The position numbers and the translations under genes were made by a program. This document shows, piece after piece, positions 56,858 through 64,000 of a stretch of DNA of 64,000 bases. This DNA comes from an uncultured Acidobacteriota bacterium (GTDB taxonomy: Bacteria; Acidobacteriota; Blastocatellia; RBC074), in assembly GCA_963796275.1 (NCBI GenBank), contig CAWCKY010000003.1, positions 128,001-192,000 on the forward strand, read 5' to 3'. How positions within the stretch are numbered: the first letter of the stretch is position 1; each line of letters opens with the position of its first letter. Below the pieces are notes generated by a model. It was not told the origin of the DNA and did no database searches. It worked only from the letters and a program-made list of their open reading frames with translations.

Positions 56858-57150
56858 TACGTAAAGCGGAAATAAAAGTTTCTATGAGGCACTCTTACTG
56901 ATGAGAGAAAAACCATCAGTAGTCGGAAAAATACGGCACTTAAACAGTATCCGCTATCGACGGCATCGACTGCAATTGCGCGGAAGCACAATGCCGGCTT
57001 GCCTTCTCTCGTTCTGGTCGAGATGGCACAGGGATTGACAGTGCATTCAATCGGTAATGTTTCCGGGTTACTGATGCCGGGCCAGGGGTTTCATAGGGGG
57101 TATCAGCAACCCGGAATTCTTAACCGTTGGCAGGAAGGGGGGATCGTTTT

Positions 57151-57792
57151 ATGTCACCGAATCTGATCACGCTTGTCCGGGTATTCTTGGCTTTCGGCTC
57201 GATTGCGCTCTTCCGCGCCGGCTCGTATGCCAGTGTCGCCGCCATGTTGATGATGCTCATTACGCTTGCGCTCGATGCGGTCGATGGGATTGTCGCGCGG
57301 CGCAGCGGCCGAACGAGCGACGCGGGCGCGGCTTTCGACATTGCGGCTGACCGGATTGTAGAAAGCGTTTACTGGATTTATTTCGCCTCGGCCGGTCTTA
57401 TATCGTTTTGGATTCCCGTAATTGTAGTCGCGCGAGGGGGATTCACCGATTTCTTGCGCGCTATAGCGTTCAGACAGGGGCTGAATGCCTTTGGCGAAAA
57501 TACGATGATGAAGACTTGGTGGGGCAAGCTACTGGTCGGTTCGCGGGCGAGCCGTGCCGCTTATGGGCTAATCAAATGCTCGGCGTTCATTGCCCTCGGT
57601 TTGTGGCTGACGCTGGACAATGCTCACCACTGGCAGACGATGATGGCCGCCGGTTTGATGAGCATAGTGAAGTTCGGTGCGCTGGGTCTGGCGATATCGA
57701 CTGTCCTTTTCTGCCTGGCTCGCGGAATACCGGTGATCGTCGAGGGAATAAGATTTTTCCGTGAAGACCTGGTCCTTCCGAAGCTGTGGTGA
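57151..57792 (+). CDS. CDP-alcohol phosphatidyltransferase family protein
   Basis: PNLITLVR and the signature DAVDGIVARR...GAAFDIAAD. Confidence 0.92.
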   Translation: MSPNLITLVRVFLAFGSIALFRAGSYASVAAMLMMLITLALDAVDGIVARRSGRTSDAGAAFDIAADRIVESVYWIYFASAGLISFWIPVIVVARGGFTDFLRAIAFRQGLNAFGENTMMKTWWGKLLVGSRASRAAYGLIKCSAFIALGLWLTLDNAHHWQTMMAAGLMSIVKFGALGLAISTVLFCLARGIPVIVEGIRFFREDLVLPKLW

Positions 57793-57795
57793 TTT

Positions 57796-58488
57796 ATGAA
57801 CAACGGCCGTATTGCAGCTATTTTCGATGTGGACGGTACGCTTATCGCGGGCGATTCGCTGGAACGAATATTCATCAGGTTCTTGTGGCGGCGCGGTGAG
57901 CTTAACTGGAGCGATCTGATGTCATTCGGCCTGAACGCTCTGTTCGGCCTGTTTATGGGACGCTCGCCGTTCCTGGCCAATAAAGCTTATCTGCGTAGCA
58001 AAAACACGTCTCGCATCCGAAGGCTTGCTCGCGAATGCTTCGATCTCGAGATAGCCCGGTGTTTATTGCCAGGCGCGATCGAGCGTCTTCGCTGGCATCA
58101 GCGCTCGGGCCATATTCCGATATTGCTTTCCGGCACGCTGGATCTGTTGCTCGAGCCATTGGCCGAATATCTGGGAGTGAACGCCCGAATCGGGACCGAA
58201 CTCGAGACCGAAGGGCGAATATTCACAGGTCGCATCGCGGGGATGCATCCCTACGGCGAATCGAAGGCGGAAAGCGTCAGCTTCATGAAAGGGCTCGGCC
58301 TCTTCAATCTAAATCGGTCGTTCGCTTATGCGAACTCTTATGCTGATCGTTACATGCTCGCCCAACTCGGATATCCGATCGCTACAAACGCTGATGCGCG
58401 TCTGCGGAAATTGGCCGAGAAGCGTGGTTGGATGATAGAGGATTTCAGCTCCCGCAAAGCCGGGTCACCAAGGGGATATGGTACATGA
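57796..58488 (+). CDS. HAD-IB family hydrolase (SerB/PgpP-like)
   Basis: FDVDGTL, LLSGT, GESK, AYANSYAD. Confidence 0.88.
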   Translation: MNNGRIAAIFDVDGTLIAGDSLERIFIRFLWRRGELNWSDLMSFGLNALFGLFMGRSPFLANKAYLRSKNTSRIRRLARECFDLEIARCLLPGAIERLRWHQRSGHIPILLSGTLDLLLEPLAEYLGVNARIGTELETEGRIFTGRIAGMHPYGESKAESVSFMKGLGLFNLNRSFAYANSYADRYMLAQLGYPIATNADARLRKLAEKRGWMIEDFSSRKAGSPRGYGT

Positions 58489-59459
58489 TCGATTTTAACC
58501 GAAGTCCGATGCTCAAAGAGAATAGTTCATATAACAACGCGCGAACTGGGAGTTGTGAAAGAACAAATATCCTGGCCGTTCTGAATGTCGTAGATCGACT
58601 TACCATAGCCTATCTGATCTTCTCTACCACGCTAATCGTTATTTGCCATCATAATATTAAACACTGGGAATTCCTCTTACCCGCGCATCTCGGCTTGATG
58701 TTCGTAATCATCGGATTGGCTTACGCTCGTCTGCGCGGGATCCGGATTTTGAGCTTCATCAGCTATTGGTATCCGCCCTTGCTCTTTCTCTTTTTCTTTG
58801 AAGAGATAGGTTTGACCGTCCACGCAATTTTTCCGGGATGGTTCGATGATTATCTGATCGAGGCGGATTTCGCATTGTTCGGGGTCCATCCGACTGTCTG
58901 GATCGAGCAATTCAGCAGTTATTGGGTGAATGAATATATGCAGCTTGTTTACACGAGCTATTTTTTATTGACCATCGTCTTTGGGGCTTATCTGTGGGCT
59001 CGTGGAAAACGCGACGAGTTCTCTATTTTTATAGCATCGACGTGCATTGCCTACTATCTTTGTTATGTCATATTCGTCTTCTTCCCGATTGAAAGTCCTT
59101 ATCACACGCTGTCGCAACTGCAAAAGGTCGAATTGACCGGAGGCCCATTCACCGCCTTCATCAATCTGATCGAAAAACACGGGCGCGTGCATGGCGGGGC
59201 ATTCCCCAGTACGCACGTAGCCGGCGCAGTGACAGTGCTCTTCTCGGCCTATCAGTTTGCGCGCCCGATCGGTTATTGGCTCACTGCGCTCGTGATAAGT
59301 ATTTGCATTTCGACTGTCTACGGGCGATATCATTACGTGGTCGATGTCTTCGCCGGAATTTTGATGGCGGCTATCGGCTGTTGGCTGGGCCCAAAGTTGA
59401 CGAGGAGACGAGGGGACCCGGAGACTAGGAGAATGAGGGCAAGGAGGGGCGCAAAATGA
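58485..59459 (+). CDS. PAP2-superfamily membrane protein, Aur1/IPC-synthase-like (PAP2_3)
   Basis: AFPSTHV and STVYGRYHYVVDV motifs, many TM helices; ATG overlaps the HAD stop (ATGA). Confidence 0.8.
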   Translation: MIDFNRSPMLKENSSYNNARTGSCERTNILAVLNVVDRLTIAYLIFSTTLIVICHHNIKHWEFLLPAHLGLMFVIIGLAYARLRGIRILSFISYWYPPLLFLFFFEEIGLTVHAIFPGWFDDYLIEADFALFGVHPTVWIEQFSSYWVNEYMQLVYTSYFLLTIVFGAYLWARGKRDEFSIFIASTCIAYYLCYVIFVFFPIESPYHTLSQLQKVELTGGPFTAFINLIEKHGRVHGGAFPSTHVAGAVTVLFSAYQFARPIGYWLTALVISICISTVYGRYHYVVDVFAGILMAAIGCWLGPKLTRRRGDPETRRMRARRGAK

Positions 59460-59460
59460 T

Positions 59461-59496
59461 TGAGCCTCTGGATGGCATCGCCGCACCAGAGGCTCA
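59461..59496. terminator. Hairpin ending the lipid operon
   Basis: 11-bp stem TGAGCCTCTGG / CCAGAGGCTCA directly after the stop; no clear U-tract. Confidence 0.5.
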
Positions 59497-59604
59497 TAGA
59501 TATATAGATAAGGAGTTGCCTAAATCACAGAAACGGAATCCCGGAGCGGATATCCTGATGCGATTTTACCTAACCAATCCCGGAAACCATCAGCTCATCT
59601 CACC

Positions 59605-60830
59605 TTACTCATAACGCAGAGCTTCGATCGGATCCAAACCTGCGGCTTTCCGCGCAGGGTAGTATCCGAAGAAGATTCCCACCGCCGCGGAGAAGATCAC
59701 CGAGCCGGCGATTGCCGATAACGAGACGAGAGTCGGCCATCCCAGCATCTTCGGTATGATGATCGATATCGCTATCCCGAAGATTATGCCGATGAAGCCG
59801 CCGATCAGGCTGAGTACGATCGATTCGATCAGGAACTGCTTACGCACTGCCGAAGATCGGGCACCGATCGCCATTCTGATGCCGATCTCGCGCGTCCGCT
59901 CGGTAACTGAAACGAGCATTATGTTCATTATTCCGATGCCGCCGACGAGCAGCGAGACACTTGCAATGCTCCCCAGAAGTATCGTCATAATCCGGTTGGT
60001 TTCCTCGGCAGCTTCCGCCACATCGGTCAGATTGCGTACGAAGAAATCATCTTCCTCGTTCGGTGCAAGCCTATGACGCTGGCGTAATAAATCCGCGATC
60101 TGTTCCTGAGCCGTGTAGGTCGCATCGGGGGAAATAGCAGAAACATAGGCGAATTGAACATATGTAATCGCCAGAAGCTTTTTCTGAACCGTTGAGTATG
60201 GCGCGAACAGCGATGTCATCCTGATCGCGTCCTCCCGGGTCCTGCCCTTTGGCGCGCATGACGCCGACGACCCGGAACGGCAATTCACGGACACGCAAAG
60301 TCTGTCCCACCGGATCCATGCCCGGGAAAGAGATTTTCCGCGATAGTCTCACCGATTACTATGACACGCGCAGCTGTGCGGACATCCGCTTCGCTGAAGA
60401 ACTCCCCGCTCTGTACTTCCCATTTGCGAATTTGCGGGAACTGCTCATTTACGCCCTGAACCTGGCTATTCCAGTTTTGATTTTGGAAGATTAACTGCGA
60501 CCGTGCATTGACTGTGGGTGTTGCCATCGAAACGCTCGGGATTTCACGCCGGATCGCCTCGATATCTTCTACCGTAAGGTTGTTTCGGTTGGATTGGCCA
60601 GTCCCGCTCCGCACACCGCCGACGTTCATCGAACCGGCGCCCACAAAGAGCAGGTTCGTGCCGACGCTGGCGATCTGTTCCTGCACCGATGCCTGTGCCC
60701 CTTGCCCGATGCTGACCATGGCGATGACAGCGCTTACGCCGATGATGATGCCGAGCATCGTCAATACCGAGCGCATCTTGTTGCGCGCCAGTGCGCGGAA
60801 CGCGATCCTGAAAATCATAAATAAATTCAT
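59605..60830 (-). CDS. MacB-like ABC transporter permease, split by two apparent +1 indels (~60322 and ~60211)
   Basis: RSVLTMLGIIIGV..., then FPGMDPVGQTLRV...QDDI, then FAPYST...GGIGIMNIMLVSVTERTREIGIR...DPIEALRYE, in three successive frames. Confidence 0.9.
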
Positions 60831-60872
60831 TGCTGTAACCCCATTTGCATTTATTGATTCCTATACCAGCGC

Positions 60873-61715
60873 CTAATCGCCATCTCCCTCTTCGTCCTCA
60901 TCTTCTTCCATAATTGTCGGAAGCAGCTTCAACTCTTCCGAAGCATTACGCCGATTGGTCACACGATAGTCGCTCTTGATCTTACCATCCTTGAAGATGA
61001 TCACACGATCAGCGTATTCGGCGATGTCGGGCTCGTGCGTGACTAGGACCAGCGTGATCCCCTGCTCCCGGTTGAGCTTCTGGAATATGTCCATGACTTC
61101 GACTGACGTGCGCGAATCGAGATTACCCGTAGGTTCGTCGGCCAGAATCAGGGCGGGCCGGTTGACAAGCGCCCGCGCGATTGCCACACGCTGCTGTTGC
61201 CCTCCCGAGAGTTGATTCGGATGGTTGTACTCGCGACCGGCCAGGCCGACCGCCGACAATGCTTCCATTGCGCGTTGATGACGCTCGGCGGTGGGAATGT
61301 TCGAATAGAGCATCGGTAATTCGACATTCTCCAGCGCTGATGTGCGCGACAACAGGTTGAAGCCTTGAAAAACAAAGCCGATTTTACGATTGCGGATGTC
61401 GGCGCGGTCGTCTTTCGATAGCTCCGATACGTCATGATCGTCCAGGATGTAGTGGCCTCGGGTGGGACGGTCAAGACAGCCGATGATGTTCATGGTGGTC
61501 GATTTCCCGGAACCCGAAGCGCCCATGATAGCGACGAACTCCCCCTTGCCGACCGTCAGCGAAATCCCGCGAAGTGCATGAACCTCGACGTCACCCATTT
61601 GGTAAATCTTATGGACGTGGCTTAATTGGATGACGGGGTGGATGTCCAACTCTTCCAGTTCATAATCCTTTTCAATGTTATTCTCTTTTGTTATCAGCTT
61701 AGTCAACACTTGCAC
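60873..61715 (-). CDS. ABC transporter ATP-binding protein (MacB/LolD type)
   Basis: [32 protein letters not shown]. Confidence 0.95.
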   Translation of the reverse strand: MQVLTKLITKENNIEKDYELEELDIHPVIQLSHVHKIYQMGDVEVHALRGISLTVGKGEFVAIMGASGSGKSTTMNIIGCLDRPTRGHYILDDHDVSELSKDDRADIRNRKIGFVFQGFNLLSRTSALENVELPMLYSNIPTAERHQRAMEALSAVGLAGREYNHPNQLSGGQQQRVAIARALVNRPALILADEPTGNLDSRTSVEVMDIFQKLNREQGITLVLVTHEPDIAEYADRVIIFKDGKIKSDYRVTNRRNASEELKLLPTIMEEDEDEEGDGD

Positions 61716-61744
61716 TCCATTAACCTCCCAATGACATTGATCGG

Positions 61745-61794
61745 GGATTGCGGACCGTATGTTGCGTATTGCAATTCACGAAATTCCGCAATCC
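61745..61794. repeat. Short palindromic element (GGATTGCGGA...TCCGCAATCC)
   Basis: Perfect 10-bp inverted arms in the adaptor-ATPase intergenic region. Confidence 0.55.
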
Positions 61795-61810
61795 ACAAGT
61801 CCGGCCATCA

Positions 61811-63556
61811 TTAACGGCGACGGCCTCCGCCACCGCCTCCGCCTCCGCCAAATCCTCTTCCGCCGGGTCCACCGCCGCCGAAACCGGGGGGCGTCTGTCT
61901 CTGTTGTCTGCTGTCGGCCGACACATTTCTCATCACTATGACTTCCTCACCTTCCTTCAAATCGCCACGAAGAATCTCGGTGGACGTGCCGTCAGTGATG
62001 CCGATCTGTACTCTGCGCGGTTGCGGCGTATTGTTCGCCCCTAGCACCCAAACAACGCGCCACTGACCTTCAGTCAAAATCGCCGTCGTTGGAGCAAACC
62101 CCGTCATGCGCTGGCCCTCGCGGCGTCCGCCGCTGGCATCAGCCGCGGTATCGCCGCCGGCACCCGGCTGCTGATTTCTCTGGCGTCTCCTTCCCTGACC
62201 CGGCTCATTGCCTGGTTCGCCTGATTGCTGATCTCTCTGGCGTCTTCTTCTCCGTTCTCCCGTGGCGGCGTCTGCCTGCTGGTCACCTTCCGGACTTTTG
62301 GCCTGGTTCTGCTCAGCGCCCGGGGTGCCGGCCGCCTCCGCCTTTCTGTTCGCCTGAGCGTTATCGTTTCCTGATGCATCGCGCAGCATCTCGCGAATCT
62401 TTTCATTCGTGATGTCTTGCGGCCTGAATCTAAGCGCAGCGTTAGGGAGTTTCAGCACGTCATTGCGTTCGGCAATGGCGAAGCTCAGGTCCGCCGTCAT
62501 TCCCGGCTTGAGCTTCTTGTCCGGATTCTTGATGTCGACCACGACATTATAAGTGACAACATTCGACACATTCTGGGCATTGAGGCGAATTTGATTGATC
62601 GTCCCCTGAAATGTTTCACCGGGAAATGCATCGACGGAGAAGGAGACTTTATTCTCTTGATTGATCATGCCGATATCGGCCTGGTCAATCGCGGCAATCA
62701 CCTGCATATTTGTAAGGTCGGTGGCGATCGTAAAGAGCGTCGGCGCCGTCATGCTGGAAGCCACGGTCTGACCATCATTGACGTCGCGTGATACTACTAC
62801 CCCATCGATGGGCGAATAGATCGTCGTATAACCCAGGTTGGTCTCGGCCAGGCGCACTGCTCCCTCGGCTTGCTGCACCTGAGCTTCCGCTTGCTTCACC
62901 TGGGCCTTCGCCTGCGCGAGACCCGCGCTTCCTGCATTTTGTTCATTGACTACGGCCTGATCGACTTGCGCCGTCGCCTGGTCGTACCGCGCCTTTGCGG
63001 CGTTGAAGTTCGCGCGAGTCGCCTCCAGATCGCGTTCCGGGAGCACTCCGCTTTGAGCCAGAGCCTGTTGTCGCTGGAGCAATCTTTCCATGTCGTCCCG
63101 CTGCGCCTTGAGCGCGGCCAGATTGGCTTTCGCGCTAGATACCCCGGCGCGCTGAGTGTTCACCTCGGCCTCGGCGGCGAGCATCCTGGCTTTCGTATTA
63201 GCGAGATTGGCCTTCTGCTGTTCCAGGTTTGACTTTTGTTGATCTACCTGCTGCTCAAGGGGCCCTCGGTCGAGTTTCGCAATAACCTGGCCTACGTGCA
63301 CTTCATCATTGAAGTCGACCAGAGTTTTTTCAATAATTCCCGATACCTGGGCGCCGACGGGCACCGTTCTCACGGCCTGCAGCGTTCCCGTCGCGGCCAC
63401 CGTATTTCGGATGTTCCCTTTTTCGATCCTGCCGGTCAGATATTCATCGCGATCGGAGGTGCGATTGAAATATAGATAGGTTGCCACTAGACCTATTGCG
63501 AGTAGACCTATGCTGATAAGTAAATATCGTTTGCCGGTTCCAAATTTCAGTTTCAT
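61811..63556 (-). CDS. MacA-like efflux periplasmic adaptor subunit
   Basis: N-terminal TM, ATGTL...VGAQVSG, long coiled coil, IYSPIDGVV, LKPGMTA, PNAAL. Confidence 0.93.
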   Translation of the reverse strand: MKLKFGTGKRYLLISIGLLAIGLVATYLYFNRTSDRDEYLTGRIEKGNIRNTVAATGTLQAVRTVPVGAQVSGIIEKTLVDFNDEVHVGQVIAKLDRGPLEQQVDQQKSNLEQQKANLANTKARMLAAEAEVNTQRAGVSSAKANLAALKAQRDDMERLLQRQQALAQSGVLPERDLEATRANFNAAKARYDQATAQVDQAVVNEQNAGSAGLAQAKAQVKQAEAQVQQAEGAVRLAETNLGYTTIYSPIDGVVVSRDVNDGQTVASSMTAPTLFTIATDLTNMQVIAAIDQADIGMINQENKVSFSVDAFPGETFQGTINQIRLNAQNVSNVVTYNVVVDIKNPDKKLKPGMTADLSFAIAERNDVLKLPNAALRFRPQDITNEKIREMLRDASGNDNAQANRKAEAAGTPGAEQNQAKSPEGDQQADAATGERRRRRQRDQQSGEPGNEPGQGRRRQRNQQPGAGGDTAADASGGRREGQRMTGFAPTTAILTEGQWRVVWVLGANNTPQPRRVQIGITDGTSTEILRGDLKEGEEVIVMRNVSADSRQQRQTPPGFGGGGPGGRGFGGGGGGGGGRRR

Positions 63557-63659
63557 CGTTTCTTCCCTCTTTTATCTAAAGAGTCCTTTCGAACTATATG
63601 ATACGATCTAACAGTTCAACTATTTTTTCATATCCTCATACAATAAATCCACATCACAA

Positions 63660-63791
63660 AAGACAACGGGGATTCGAATTCAGTTACACTCTTTTTCCGG
63701 AACGCCTGATTCTTCCAGCCTGAGTTCGTCATAAATAATGGAAGAAAAATTTACTCTATACCTGTAACCATTCACTACCCGATAGTGTCTT
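63660..63791. promoter_or_regulatory. Pair of divergent ECF-like promoters TGTAAC-N17-TGTCTT
   Basis: The minus-strand copy (63688-63660) and plus-strand copy (63763-63791) have identical hexamers and spacing. Confidence 0.6.
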
Positions 63792-63864
63792 ACCCGGACA
63801 GAAGGCACCCCTTGGTCTTCGTTAACTTGAAACTTGATGGAATAGTATGGAGGTAAGACAATAG

Positions 63865-64000
63865 ATGAAAAATATGCCCAAATTTATTTTTATTGCCCTT
63901 GCATTGCTCCTGGTTGGGGTGTTAGCAATACCATTTGCGCGTAGCCAATCGACAGGCGCGGAACAGGGGGATCAGCAGGAGAAGCGCTTCGATGGATCGG
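63865..64000 (+). CDS. Secreted protein, 5' part only
   Basis: GGAGGT RBS, then MKNMPKFIFIALALLLVGVLAIPFARSQ signal peptide; open to the window end. Confidence 0.7.
   Translation, partial: MKNMPKFIFIALALLLVGVLAIPFARSQSTGAEQGDQQEKRFDGS

Overview
This is the chromosomal replication-origin region of a bacterium that looks like Acidobacteriota, probably Blastocatellia. The taxonomy is inferred from the paired acidobacterial-type VWA proteins, a DUF6599-like protein, zinc-ribbon membrane proteins and the repeat style. Core content is dnaA-oriC-dnaN (minus strand, ~31-33.8 kb), xseA-xseB-ispA, and the rpmH-rnpA-yidD-yidC-jag-mnmE-mnmG-rsmG-(GNAT)-parA-parB-bactofilin string with two parS sites. 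The left end holds the 5' part of a very large MnxG-type multicopper oxidase, an XRE regulator, a processive GT2 and an array of zinc-ribbon membrane proteins. The right half holds metabolic, transport and signalling genes, a pilin/VWA block, a three-gene lipid head-group operon and a MacAB-type exporter. Six single-base indels split five genes and are most likely long-read assembly errors. I saw no rRNA, tRNA, CRISPR, IS or phage genes. The most interesting observations are: an SSB-like C-terminal tip (NDSIPF) on XseB; a CDP-alcohol transferase/HAD/IPC-synthase-like lipid operon; an ECF-promoter-driven ~80-nt sRNA candidate behind dnaN that shares its promoter motif with a pilin gene; tandem zinc-ribbon membrane proteins with a shared S[IV]TExxTxxL tail; a GNAT gene bracketed by two parS sites; and an oriC with two oppositely oriented DnaA-trio arrays. 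All family calls come from motif reading, not database searches.
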